Positions 18,383-28,050 of a stretch of 64,000 bases of DNA are shown one piece after another. This DNA comes from a virus (Duplodnaviria > Heunggongvirae > Uroviricota > Caudoviricetes): the IMG/VR virus record IMGVR_UViG_2541047857_000009; one strand, 5' to 3'. Each line of letters opens with the position of its first letter. Positions within the stretch are counted from its first letter, which is position 1. Both the position numbers and the translations under genes were made by a program. Under the pieces are notes generated by a model. The model worked only from the letters and a program-made list of their open reading frames with translations, did not search any database and had not been told where the DNA came from.

Positions 18383-18784
18383 ATGTCTGAGACCTTCACT
18401 ATCGTAGGCGTTGGTCTTACATCGTCATCAGTCGGTGTAACCTTTGCCACGCTGTTTCCGGAGGCGACTCCAGCAGTGATGCTCGGATCACTCGCCGGAA
18501 CTGCGCTATACGTTCTGACCTCAGATCCCCATCAACTCTGGAAGCAGGCTATCTTTGCGCTGATATCGTTTATCAGTGGCGTGTTCTTCTCCGTACCCAT
18601 GGCGAAAATCATGGCCGGAATCATCAACACGCCGTTAAGCCTGATGAAGCCACCAGCCAGCATTGAGGTATCGCCAGCTGTCGGTGCAATTGTCACTGCT
18701 TCCATTTCCGTGGCAGTCCTGCTGCGTATTCTCCGCAAATCCAAAAGCGGGAAGATGCCGGGGCTGGGGGAGGAAGATAAATGA
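18383..18784 (+). CDS. holin-like membrane protein
   Basis: 133 aa with hydrophobic segments, first gene of lysis cassette. Confidence 0.5.
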   Translation: MSETFTIVGVGLTSSSVGVTFATLFPEATPAVMLGSLAGTALYVLTSDPHQLWKQAIFALISFISGVFFSVPMAKIMAGIINTPLSLMKPPASIEVSPAVGAIVTASISVAVLLRILRKSKSGKMPGLGEEDK

Positions 18785-19056
18785 CATGGCAGCTTCTTCT
18801 GATGGATGCAAACGCCATAGTTTGCCTGTTAATCATGGTCAGGCTGATGTTTTTCCGGAAAGAGGGAAAGCGTCATCGCCTGAGTGTCGCGGTGCTGGCC
18901 TACCTGGTCATACTTGCCGCCGGATTCAACGCCTTCAACATTCTGCTCGGCCACTACGTTCAGGTTAACCTTGGCGACCTGCTGCTGAACTCCGTCATAT
19001 GCATGGCGGTGTGGCTGGCGCGTGGGAACCTGGCGAAGGTCGTTATAACGGAGTAG
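18781..19056 (+). CDS. holin/antiholin-like membrane protein
   Basis: 91 aa, two to three TM segments, overlaps neighbours. Confidence 0.45.
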   Translation: MTWQLLLMDANAIVCLLIMVRLMFFRKEGKRHRLSVAVLAYLVILAAGFNAFNILLGHYVQVNLGDLLLNSVICMAVWLARGNLAKVVITE

Positions 19057-19059
19057 TCC

Positions 19060-19500
19060 ATGCAAACCAGCGAAAAGGGCATTGCCCTAATCAAAGAATT
19101 CGAAGGCTGTAGACTCACTGCTTACCAGGACAGCGTGGGCGTATGGACGATCGGCTATGGCTGGACTCAACCTGTGGATGGAAAACCAATCCGCGCCGGG
19201 ATGACTATCAAGCAGGAAACAGCAGAACGTCTGCTGAAGACCGGGCTGGTCAGCTATGAAAACGACGTGTCCCGCCTGGTTAAAGTCGGCTTGACTCAGG
19301 GGCAATTCGACGCCCTGGTGTCGTTCACGTATAACCTCGGCGCTCGGTCATTGTCGACATCGACACTCCTGCGAAAACTCAATGCCGGTGATTACGCTGG
19401 TGCTGCTGATGAGTTCCCGCGCTGGAACAAAGCAGGTGGCAAAGTCCTGAACGGGCTAACCCGTCGGCGTGAGGCGGAGCGCGCTCTGTTTCTGTCGTGA
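19060..19500 (+). CDS. endolysin (GH24 lysozyme)
   Basis: IKEFEGCRLTAYQD...WTIGYG catalytic region of T4/P22-type lysozymes. Confidence 0.8.
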   Translation: MQTSEKGIALIKEFEGCRLTAYQDSVGVWTIGYGWTQPVDGKPIRAGMTIKQETAERLLKTGLVSYENDVSRLVKVGLTQGQFDALVSFTYNLGARSLSTSTLLRKLNAGDYAGAADEFPRWNKAGGKVLNGLTRRREAERALFLS

Positions 19501-19883
19501 TTAGCGCACTGGTTAAGCGTTACTGGCTGCAACTGATTGTGGTGGCGGTAATCGGCGTGCTGGCGTTCTTCGTGAACCACTACCGCGACAACGCCATTAC
19601 CTACAAAGACCAGCGCGACAAGGCGACGGTCAGGGCAGATACATCGGAGGCGATCACCAGCAACGTGATCACCACGATGAACCTCATCCGTGACATTTCA
19701 CAGGCTACCCAGAATGCAAAGAACGAACTGGCCCATAAAGGCGAAACGCGCATTGTCTACATCAGGCAGGCGCTTGAAGGCGATCCGTGCGCTAACCAGC
19801 TTGTTCCTTCTGCCGCTGCTGACAGCCTGCGGGAATACGCAGACAGTTTACGTTCCGGCCCCGGTGGTTCCGATAAGCGCTGA
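19497..19883 (+). CDS. Rz-like i-spanin
   Basis: N-terminal TM helix then coiled-coil periplasmic domain. Confidence 0.55.
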   Translation: MISALVKRYWLQLIVVAVIGVLAFFVNHYRDNAITYKDQRDKATVRADTSEAITSNVITTMNLIRDISQATQNAKNELAHKGETRIVYIRQALEGDPCANQLVPSAAADSLREYADSLRSGPGGSDKR

Positions 19884-20034
19884 CCTGACAGCTGACACGC
19901 CGATCCCCGGAATTACGGTTCCGTTCACGTGGCAGGCAAGTCTGGAGTTAAACGCTCAGCTCTACACGGCGCTGGGGCAGTGCAATCTGGATAAGGCTGC
20001 GATCAGGAAAATTGAAGAAGCGAGAAAAAAATAA
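19714..20034 (+). CDS. Rz1-like o-spanin lipoprotein (start uncertain)
   Basis: +1 frame overlapping Rz; lipobox LLTAC then Pro-rich segment; TTG start at 19774 also possible. Confidence 0.45.
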   Translation: MQRTNWPIKAKRALSTSGRRLKAIRALTSLFLLPLLTACGNTQTVYVPAPVVPISADLTADTPIPGITVPFTWQASLELNAQLYTALGQCNLDKAAIRKIEEARKK

Positions 20035-20127
20035 ATTGAATTCGAGAAATGAAAGTAGTAAAAGTCAGTCATGCTGTGAGCAGACCAGCTGAAGAGAAAT
20101 CACCAAGTATCAAAAACAAAATTCTGA

Positions 20128-20153
20128 GCCTCGGCAATCGCCGGGGCTTTTTT
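20128..20153 (+). terminator. rho-independent terminator after lysis cassette
   Basis: GCCTCGGC-aatc-GCCGGGGC plus T6. Confidence 0.6.
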
Positions 20154-20306
20154 GTATCCGCATTTCACCGCGCACCGCAGCGCATTCAACCCACGTCGAA
20201 CCATACCCTTTGAAATGAGCCTTTGAGGAAGTCAGTTAGTGCTGGCGAGCCTCGACGGGCTGATTTCCTATGCGGCAAAGGTTCATCTCAAAGAAAGGTA
20301 CACGCT

Positions 20307-20852
20307 ATGACATATCCAACTGTGATCGTGAATGGTGTCTCTGTCCGAGTGGACGAGAAGGGGCGCTATAGCCTGAATGATCTTCATGCCGCCGCTGTCC
20401 TGAAAGGTGAGGCTACTGAGTCACAAAAGCCGGGCAAGTTTATTCGTAGTGCATCAGTAAAGCGTTTCGTTCAGGCGCTGGCAGGCAAAGGACAAAAATG
20501 TCCTTTGGAAGATAACCAGGCACTTAGAGTAATTCGCGGTGGTGACGAGCCCGGCGTATGGGCTGCAGAGCTACTCGCTATTAGATATGCCGCCTGGATT
20601 AAGCCGGAGTTTGAAATCCGCGTTTATGAAACCTTCCGCGAGGCTGTGCTCAACGGTCTTAGCAATATGAACCGACTCAACCGACTTGACCTGCTGATCG
20701 CCAATGAGACCAAAGAGGTCAGCGCATGTGCCCGGGCAATGAATAAGTGGGGCGTCGGTGGTCGCAAGAAGCTTCTCAATTGCGCTCGTGAGCGGATCGT
20801 CAGCCAGATGGACCCTGACATGGTCACGCTTATGGAAGCGAAAGCAGGGTAG
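20307..20852 (+). CDS. KilA-N domain protein
   Basis: N-terminal VRVDEKGRYSLNDLHAAA...KPGKFIRS pattern typical of KilA-N. Confidence 0.5.
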   Translation: MTYPTVIVNGVSVRVDEKGRYSLNDLHAAAVLKGEATESQKPGKFIRSASVKRFVQALAGKGQKCPLEDNQALRVIRGGDEPGVWAAELLAIRYAAWIKPEFEIRVYETFREAVLNGLSNMNRLNRLDLLIANETKEVSACARAMNKWGVGGRKKLLNCARERIVSQMDPDMVTLMEAKAG

Positions 20853-21081
20853 CCAACGCAGAATTGCGTCGGCAAATAGCGGCATTACAGAAGCTCTTCA
20901 CTGAGGGGCTTCGATAATGACAAGCAGAGGTAAATTATGATTGGCACCCTAACCTATAAAATGACACTTCGCCCATACATGAAGCCCTTGCTGTTTGTCG
21001 CGGCAATGACTAACTGGCACTGGTTAACCGATATCTGCTTCAAGAAAGAGATTGTCGCAGAAGGCGCGAAGGTGGAGCTAA

Positions 21082-21300
21082 ATGGCTGACATCTACCAAA
21101 TCACGCTAACCACCCAAACAGGCGAAACCTTCACGGGCAAGATGTCACGACGTCAGCCTGAGCTGGTTAACGGCTTTGTGCCGCTGGCGACCGAAACGGG
21201 GCAGTGGCTGTACTTCGCTCCTGCTGATGTAAAGCGTGTGGAGTTCACGCCAGTACCTGAAGAGCAGACCGAACAGCCAGAAGAACAAACAACGGAGTAA
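21082..21300 (+). CDS. hypothetical protein
   Basis: 72-aa ORF. Confidence 0.35.
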   Translation: MADIYQITLTTQTGETFTGKMSRRQPELVNGFVPLATETGQWLYFAPADVKRVEFTPVPEEQTEQPEEQTTE

Positions 21301-21303
21301 CTC

Positions 21304-21936
21304 ATGGCAAGCGACGAAGAGAAAAGGCCACTGCCGAGTTCAGCATTCGTCGAAGAGTTCGCGCCATACACAAGACTGATTCCAGCTGATGGCGTGTGGC
21401 AGTGGGTACAAGCGAACATCATTGCCGAATCAGGCCACCTGCATAACCCCGACCATATTCATCTGGCAGATGCTGATATCGGCTTCCTTTGGGCTGCTAA
21501 TGCTTTCTCAAAGAAAGGGCGCACTGTTCTCGGGCAGGCCGAAGAAGTTATGTTTCGCGCTGGCGGGTGGCAAAAAGCCCGCATGGAGCAGCAGATGTAT
21601 GAATGGTTCGGGCATAAGCCGGATTACATCATTACCCTTGCTGGCGACTTCTGCCTTAAGTGCTCTGATCTGGAATTCTGCGCCCTGATTGAACATGAGC
21701 TTTACCACATCGCCCAAGAGGTTGATGAGTTCAGCGCTCCCAAGTTCTACAGAGACAGTGGTTTGCCAAAACTTTGCATGCGTGGTCATGACGTCGAAGA
21801 GTTTATCGGCGTGGTTCGCAGATACGGCGCAAGCTCTGATGTGCAGGAATTGGTAGACGCTGCAAACAACCCCGCCGAAGTGGCGAAAATTAACATAGCC
21901 AGAGCATGCGGAACGTGCATGCTGAAGCTGGCTTAA
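21304..21936 (+). CDS. HExxH-motif protein (putative zinc metallopeptidase-like)
   Basis: 210 aa containing IEHELYHI. Confidence 0.4.
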   Translation: MASDEEKRPLPSSAFVEEFAPYTRLIPADGVWQWVQANIIAESGHLHNPDHIHLADADIGFLWAANAFSKKGRTVLGQAEEVMFRAGGWQKARMEQQMYEWFGHKPDYIITLAGDFCLKCSDLEFCALIEHELYHIAQEVDEFSAPKFYRDSGLPKLCMRGHDVEEFIGVVRRYGASSDVQELVDAANNPAEVAKINIARACGTCMLKLA

Positions 21937-21966
21937 ATTTGTAATGCTTTGGAAGGATGGTGATTC

Positions 21967-22422
21967 ATGGCTGCACTAAAACCAGAGGTGAAAGCCGCCA
22001 TCGTTCAAATGCTTGCGTGCTATGACACCCTGTCGATTGTGGTCGACTCCGTCCAAAAAGATTACGGGATAAAAGTCACCCCGCAGCAAGTCGAATCGCA
22101 CGACCCGACTAAGGCCAGCGGGAAAGGGCTGGCGCAGAAATGGGTAGAACTATTCAACGAAACCCGCAAGCGCTTCCAGACAGAAATCAGCGACATCCCG
22201 ATCGCTAACAAAGCCTATCGTCTGCGCGCGCTCGACCGGATGATGACCAACGCCGAGAAGATGCGAAACATGGCTCTTGCCGCATCGCTAATGGAGCAGG
22301 CGGCGAAAGAGGTTGGCGATGCGTACAGCAACAAACAGAAGGTCGAGCACACCAGTCCGGACGGAAGCATGACGCCGAAGCCGACCATTATCCAGTTACT
22401 ACCCGTTGAGCCTAAAGCATGA
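21967..22422 (+). CDS. putative terminase small subunit
   Basis: 151-aa ORF immediately upstream of and overlapping large terminase. Confidence 0.45.
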   Translation: MAALKPEVKAAIVQMLACYDTLSIVVDSVQKDYGIKVTPQQVESHDPTKASGKGLAQKWVELFNETRKRFQTEISDIPIANKAYRLRALDRMMTNAEKMRNMALAASLMEQAAKEVGDAYSNKQKVEHTSPDGSMTPKPTIIQLLPVEPKA

Positions 22423-23666
22423 GTGAAGCCGTTCAACTGCCGATCCCAGCGAAGCTTGCACCGCTGTTCACTGCTGTGAATAAGCGCTACCGGTGCTCGC
22501 ACGGAGGACGTGGTAGCGCCAAGACGAGAACATTCGCCTTGATGACTGCCGTAAAGGCGTATCAGGCGATGATGAACGGTGAAAGCGGTGTGGTGCTCTG
22601 CGCTCGCGAATTTATGAACTCGCTGGAAGAGTCGAGTATGCAGGAGGTGAAACAGGCGATCCTGTCTGTTCCGTGGCTGGCTTCCAACTTTGATATCGGC
22701 GAGAAGTACATCCGCACCATCGACAAGAGCGTTAACTACGTGTTCTGCGGTCTGCGGCATAACCTCGACAGCATCAAGTCGAAAGCGCGCATCCTGCTGT
22801 GCTGGGTTGATGAAGCGGAATCAGTCAGCGAAATTGCCTGGCAGAAGCTGAGCCCGACCGTTCGTGAAGAGGGGTCAGAGATTTGGGTGACGTGGAACCC
22901 GGAGCGAGACGGTAGCGCCACGGATAAGCGTTTCCGCAAAGAGGCAGGCGACGACTGCATCACCGTTGAAATGAACTATACGGATAACCCGTGGTTCCCT
23001 GATGTGCTGGAAGGCGAGCGACAGAACGATCAGCGCCGCCTCGACCCGGCAACATACGCATGGGTGTGGGAAGGGGCTTATCTCGAAAACTCCGATAAGC
23101 AGGTACTGGCCGGGAAATACCGGATTGCTGAGTTCTCGGACCAACTATGGAAAGAGGCCGAACGTCTGTTCTTCGGTGCTGACTTCGGTTTCGCCAAAGA
23201 CCCTAACACGTTGGTGCGTTCGTTCATCCTGCATAACCGGCTGTACATCGAATACGAGGCATACGGTCAGCAAACTGAGCTCGACCACATGCCAAAGCTG
23301 TACGACACGATTCCAGGTGCGCGTGACTGGCCCATTAAAGCCGACTCCGCTCGACCCGAGACGATCAGCTATCTAAAGCGGCAGGGCTTCAACATCTCAG
23401 CCGCTGAGAAATGGCAAGGAAGCGTTGAGGACGGGATCGCACACCTTCGCGGATTCGACGAAATCATTATCCATCCGCGCTGCAAGAATGTGGCGCGAGA
23501 GGCCCGCATGTGGTCGTACAAAACAGACCGCATTACTGGCGAGGTGCTGCCGAAACTGGCCGACGGCTATGAACACTGCTGGGACGGTATCCGCTACAGC
23601 CTAGACGGGCACATTAAGCGTAAAGGCCAGATGGCCGGGATGATGATCCCAAAACGGCTGCGATAA
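22419..23666 (+). CDS. terminase large subunit
   Basis: 415 aa; ATPase Walker A-like GGRGSAKT, conserved LCAREFMNSLEES and C-terminal nuclease region. Confidence 0.8.
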   Translation: MSEAVQLPIPAKLAPLFTAVNKRYRCSHGGRGSAKTRTFALMTAVKAYQAMMNGESGVVLCAREFMNSLEESSMQEVKQAILSVPWLASNFDIGEKYIRTIDKSVNYVFCGLRHNLDSIKSKARILLCWVDEAESVSEIAWQKLSPTVREEGSEIWVTWNPERDGSATDKRFRKEAGDDCITVEMNYTDNPWFPDVLEGERQNDQRRLDPATYAWVWEGAYLENSDKQVLAGKYRIAEFSDQLWKEAERLFFGADFGFAKDPNTLVRSFILHNRLYIEYEAYGQQTELDHMPKLYDTIPGARDWPIKADSARPETISYLKRQGFNISAAEKWQGSVEDGIAHLRGFDEIIIHPRCKNVAREARMWSYKTDRITGEVLPKLADGYEHCWDGIRYSLDGHIKRKGQMAGMMIPKRLR

Positions 23667-23725
23667 TTTGTACGAATACCAAGCGAAGTCATAATTAAAC
23701 TCCCGCCATATGATTCGGAGGTTTT

Positions 23726-23959
23726 ATGCATAGCTTTGAGCACTTGGTTGCAGAAATAAGAGAAGAGTTAAGGCTTAGAGGGCTTGAGCATTCATCGCTA
23801 ATTTTTACTAAGCTTGCTCAGCAATACGCCCCTTACTATCAATCATTCGAACCTGAAAGAAAAGAGGCGTTACTGCTAAAGCTTAAGGCGCTTGAGAGAA
23901 GCGTGGGGCTACAGAAACCATTTGATTGGGAATCAGCCCTCTCAACGAAAAAAGAATAG
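23726..23959 (+). CDS. hypothetical protein (AT-rich insert)
   Basis: 77-aa low-GC ORF between terminase and portal. Confidence 0.35.
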   Translation: MHSFEHLVAEIREELRLRGLEHSSLIFTKLAQQYAPYYQSFEPERKEALLLKLKALERSVGLQKPFDWESALSTKKE

Positions 23960-24009
23960 GTCGCTCAGGCGGCCTTTTTTATTGCCATAAATCCACCACC
24001 GGACAATCC

Positions 24010-25359
24010 ATGAATGACAAATTAACTCTCGCCGTCAACCATGCGTTGAACGATGCGCGGATGGCTCGCGCCCGTATGGGGCTGATGGCGCCTACAATGG
24101 GGCTGGACAACAAGCGCCACTCTGCATGGTGCGAGTATGGATTCCCTGAGCAGGTAACCTACGAAAACCTTTATGCCCTGTACCGACGCGGTGGTATTGC
24201 CCACGGCGCAGTAGAGAAACTGGTGGGCAAGTGCTGGCAGACTAACCCGGAAATCATCGAGGGTGATCAGGCAGACAAAAAGCGCAAAGAAACCGCCTGG
24301 GAGAAAAAGGCCAAACAGGTATTCACCAACCGATTCTGGCGCTCATTCTCTGAGGCCGATCGCCGTCGTCTGGTGGGCCGTTATGCTGGCATCCTTCTGC
24401 ACGTCCGCGATGAAAAAGACTGGAACCTTCCGGTAACCAAAGGGCGAGGTCTTCAGAAAATATCGGTGGCGTGGGCAGGATCGCTTACGGTGAGCGAGTG
24501 GGACACTGGCCTGAACTCGAAGACGTACGGCCAGCCTCAGATGTGGCAGTACGCCGAACGCTTGCCGAATGGTTCAAGTCGCCGCGTCAATATCCACCCC
24601 GATCGCGTTTTCATCCTTGGTGATTACTCAGACGATGCTATTGGCTTCCTTGAGCCAGCTTATAACGCCTTTGTAAGCCTGGAGAAGGTAGAGGGTGGAT
24701 CCGGCGAGTCATTCCTGAAGAACGCCGCGCGCCAGCTTAATGTCAACTTTGAGAAGGAAATCGACTTCAACAATCTTGCGTCACTTTATGGCGTGAGCAT
24801 TGACGAGTTGCAGGATAAGTTTAACGAAGTTGCCGGGGAAATGAACCGTGGCAACGATGTTTTGATGACAACCCAAGGGGCCACGGTCACACCGCTGGTG
24901 ACTGCTGTAGCTGATCCTTCAGCGACCTATAACGTCAACCTGCAAACGGCTGCCGCCGGTGTTGATATCCCGACGCGCATTCTGGTTGGTAATCAGCAGG
25001 CCGAGCGCTCCAGCACCGAAGACCAGAAATACTTTAATGCTCGTTGTCAGTCGCGACGCGTAGACCTCTCTTTCGAAATAGAGGACTTCTGCGACAAGCT
25101 TATCGATCTACAAATCGTAGACTCAGTCAGTCAGAAGGCTGTTATCTGGGATGACCTTAACGAACAGACCGGTACTGAGAAGCTCACTAACGCCAAGACC
25201 ATGGGCGAAATTAACCAGACCATGCAGGGCAGCGGCGAAGAGCCAGCGTTCAGCCGTGAAGAGATTCGTACAGCTGCGGGTTATGACAATGACGACGAAG
25301 AGCCGTTAGGAGAAGAGGATGGCGACGAACAAGACGAAGCCACCAATTCTACCGCGTAA
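24010..25359 (+). CDS. portal protein
   Basis: 449-aa ORF after terminase; acidic C-terminus. Confidence 0.65.
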   Translation: MNDKLTLAVNHALNDARMARARMGLMAPTMGLDNKRHSAWCEYGFPEQVTYENLYALYRRGGIAHGAVEKLVGKCWQTNPEIIEGDQADKKRKETAWEKKAKQVFTNRFWRSFSEADRRRLVGRYAGILLHVRDEKDWNLPVTKGRGLQKISVAWAGSLTVSEWDTGLNSKTYGQPQMWQYAERLPNGSSRRVNIHPDRVFILGDYSDDAIGFLEPAYNAFVSLEKVEGGSGESFLKNAARQLNVNFEKEIDFNNLASLYGVSIDELQDKFNEVAGEMNRGNDVLMTTQGATVTPLVTAVADPSATYNVNLQTAAAGVDIPTRILVGNQQAERSSTEDQKYFNARCQSRRVDLSFEIEDFCDKLIDLQIVDSVSQKAVIWDDLNEQTGTEKLTNAKTMGEINQTMQGSGEEPAFSREEIRTAAGYDNDDEEPLGEEDGDEQDEATNSTA

Positions 25360-26245
25360 CTATCAGGATCCTACCGGAGCCGATGCGCTGGAACGACGGA
25401 CAATGAAAGACTTCGCCAGGCGGATGAAAAAGATTGGCAAGGCGTACAAATCAGCACTCGACAAAATACCTTCCTCCCTCGCAGTAAACGCCAGATACGA
25501 ATACCAGTTAAACCCAACGCTACTCTCCATCATCCTGAACGATGCCAGTTACCTGGTGGATCAGGTGCTGCTTGAAGGTGGCGATTATGACCTGTGGTTT
25601 TACGAGTACATCGATCTGGCTTCGGAGAAGGGGACCGGGCAGTCATTCTACAACCTCAGCCAGCAGTCGCCGGTGTACGCCGCCGGTCGTGAGTCGCTGG
25701 CCTCCATCCTCGCAAGCGACCCTTACCAGCAACGCATGGCGCTGGTGCATGCCCGTGTGTTTGAGGAAATGAAGGGGCTGACGGCTGACGTTAAGCGCGA
25801 CATGGCGCGCGTGCTGACTGATGGTGTGGGGCGCGGTCTCAATCCGCTGGACATTGCCCGCAACCTCACAGAACAGACCGGCATCGAGAAGCGCCGGGCG
25901 AACCGGATAGCGCGCACTGAAGTGACTACCGCGCTGCGCCGGGCCAAGTGGGATGAAGACCAGGAGGCGAATGACCTCTTCGGCCTGAAAACTCTGCTGG
26001 TTCACATCTCGGCTCTGTCGCCGACAACGCGACATACCCACGCAGTGCGCCATGCCCACCTCTACACCAACGAAGAGGTGCGTGACTGGTACAGCAAAGA
26101 TGGCAACTCCATCAACTGCAAATGCAGCCAGCAGTCGGTGCTGGTGGATGCGGACGGCAAGCCGGAATACCCGGACACCATCACGAAACTCAAACAGGAA
26201 TATAAATCGATGCAGGCGAGCGGTTACGCCTGGGCGGAGAAATAA
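25319..26245 (+). CDS. head morphogenesis / minor head protein
   Basis: 308-aa ORF overlapping portal end. Confidence 0.5.
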   Translation: MATNKTKPPILPRNYQDPTGADALERRTMKDFARRMKKIGKAYKSALDKIPSSLAVNARYEYQLNPTLLSIILNDASYLVDQVLLEGGDYDLWFYEYIDLASEKGTGQSFYNLSQQSPVYAAGRESLASILASDPYQQRMALVHARVFEEMKGLTADVKRDMARVLTDGVGRGLNPLDIARNLTEQTGIEKRRANRIARTEVTTALRRAKWDEDQEANDLFGLKTLLVHISALSPTTRHTHAVRHAHLYTNEEVRDWYSKDGNSINCKCSQQSVLVDADGKPEYPDTITKLKQEYKSMQASGYAWAEK

Positions 26246-26248
26246 CTC

Positions 26249-27571
26249 ATGAAATTCCAGGTAAACCACGAAGCACAGCGTCCAATCCAGGCACCGAAAC
26301 ATGGTGAGCATATTCAGGTCAACATCACCACAAAGGTGAACAGCCAGTCTATCCGGCGCGAAACATACAACGGGCGTGAGCACCTGGTGCTGCCGAGCTA
26401 CACACTTCCAGCTAACGTCGTCATGAATGGCGGCTTGTACACGCAAGAGCAAATCGACGCCCACTATAAGGGGCTGGAAGGTACCCTGGCGCCGCTGGGT
26501 CACCCTCAGGTTAACGGTCAGTTCGTGTCTGCTTTCTCTCCTGAGGGGATTAACGCAGGCCATATCGGCGCGTGGAACCGCAACGTTAAGAAGTCCGGTA
26601 ATCGTATCTACCTCGAAAAGTGGGTTGATGTGGCCCGTGCCAGCGAGTCGGAAGGTGGCAGGGAACTGCTTGAGCGTGTCGCTGCCATTGAGCGCGGTGA
26701 AAACGTTCCGCCGATTCACACCAGCGTCGCTGCTTTCCTCGACCAGCTTGAACCAAACGAACAGCAACGGGCCACTGGCGCTGAGTGGGTTGCGAAGATT
26801 TACAGCATGGATCACGACGCGATCCTGCTGCACGAAGTCGGAGCCGCCACCCCTGAGCAGGGCGTTGGCCTGATGGTAAACGCCGATCTGGCGCAGCCGC
26901 TTAAAGCGAACTCCGGCGCGCTGGTGGGTGAATCCTACCGGGAGCGCGAACAGCGTCTTGATCGCGCAGCCAAAGCGAAGTTTGCGGCGGGCGCGGATGA
27001 ATATGCCTGGGTTGCTGACTTCACTGATTCGCAGGTAGTTATCGTGCGAAATGGCGGCGATGCGCAGGTTTACGGCTATTCCGCTGATGGCGGGAAGATC
27101 GCTATCGACGATACCGGCACCGCAGTAGCGCGCCAGGAGTCGTGGGTGGCAGTCGTCGCTAACAAATTCAAAGCTCTATTCACACCGCAGGAACAGCCTG
27201 CACCAAACCACAAAACGGAGGGCGACATGCCTTTAACCAAAGAAGAACTGGAACAAATCGGCAGCATGATCGGCCAGGCTGTTGCGACCAATACTGAAGC
27301 GGCTATTAAGCCTCTCGCGGAAAAGGTTGATGCGCTGCAGGCCAATCAGAAGCAACTCGCGGAAACCCTGACCGCGAACTCCCGTGCCGAAGAGAAAGCA
27401 AAGCGCGAAGCGGTTGCGAAGGCCCATGGCGATATCGTCGCGAACGCTCTGTCAGGCGAAGCTCTGGACGCGATGTTCAAGTCGCTGGGCGAAGCTGCGC
27501 CGCTGGGCACCAACAATGCTCAGCAGCACAAAGAAACCGGCGCACCAGCCGCAGACGAACACTTCAAGTAA
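26249..27571 (+). CDS. capsid scaffolding-like protein
   Basis: 440 aa, coiled-coil C-terminal half, precedes capsid gene. Confidence 0.45.
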   Translation: MKFQVNHEAQRPIQAPKHGEHIQVNITTKVNSQSIRRETYNGREHLVLPSYTLPANVVMNGGLYTQEQIDAHYKGLEGTLAPLGHPQVNGQFVSAFSPEGINAGHIGAWNRNVKKSGNRIYLEKWVDVARASESEGGRELLERVAAIERGENVPPIHTSVAAFLDQLEPNEQQRATGAEWVAKIYSMDHDAILLHEVGAATPEQGVGLMVNADLAQPLKANSGALVGESYREREQRLDRAAKAKFAAGADEYAWVADFTDSQVVIVRNGGDAQVYGYSADGGKIAIDDTGTAVARQESWVAVVANKFKALFTPQEQPAPNHKTEGDMPLTKEELEQIGSMIGQAVATNTEAAIKPLAEKVDALQANQKQLAETLTANSRAEEKAKREAVAKAHGDIVANALSGEALDAMFKSLGEAAPLGTNNAQQHKETGAPAADEHFK

Positions 27572-27583
27572 GGAGCCGGAATA

Positions 27584-28033
27584 ATGCCACGTTATCGTCG
27601 CGTTAATATCGACGGTCAGTCTCTGTACAAGACCGAAACCCGCACTACGGCCGCCGCGCTGCTTCCCGGTACTGCGGCAACTATCAACTCATCCGATAAA
27701 TTCGCTCAGGCCACCGCGCTAACCGGTCGCCTGTACATCATCGATGTTGGTTACCACCAGGGCCTGACCATCACTGAATCAATCCCTGCCGGTGATTCTG
27801 CTGTCGGCAACTACGTCGAAGAAGGTCGTGAGCTGGCGCTGCGCTGCCTGCCTGGTGCGTATAAGAAAGACAGTCCGATCAAGCTGGGTACTGCCGGTCA
27901 GTTTACCCTGGCAACCGATGATACTGATTCAGTGATCGGCTACAGCCAGGATGAATACACCATCGCGGCCAGCACCACTGACTTCATTCGCGTGCGTATG
28001 CGCGTTGGCACTGTCGCCGCAGCTGGCGCGTAA
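27584..28033 (+). CDS. head decoration-like protein
   Basis: 149-aa ORF between scaffold and major capsid. Confidence 0.35.
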   Translation: MPRYRRVNIDGQSLYKTETRTTAAALLPGTAATINSSDKFAQATALTGRLYIIDVGYHQGLTITESIPAGDSAVGNYVEEGRELALRCLPGAYKKDSPIKLGTAGQFTLATDDTDSVIGYSQDEYTIAASTTDFIRVRMRVGTVAAAGA

Positions 28034-28050
28034 CAAAAGGACAAACACAT

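Noticed and set aside
25643-26833. 396-aa minus-strand ORF overlapping the head morphogenesis and scaffold genes
   Set aside because: Antisense shadow ORF in a GC-rich coding region; Arg/Val/Leu-rich low-complexity translation, no RBS, fully overlapped by well-supported plus-strand genes
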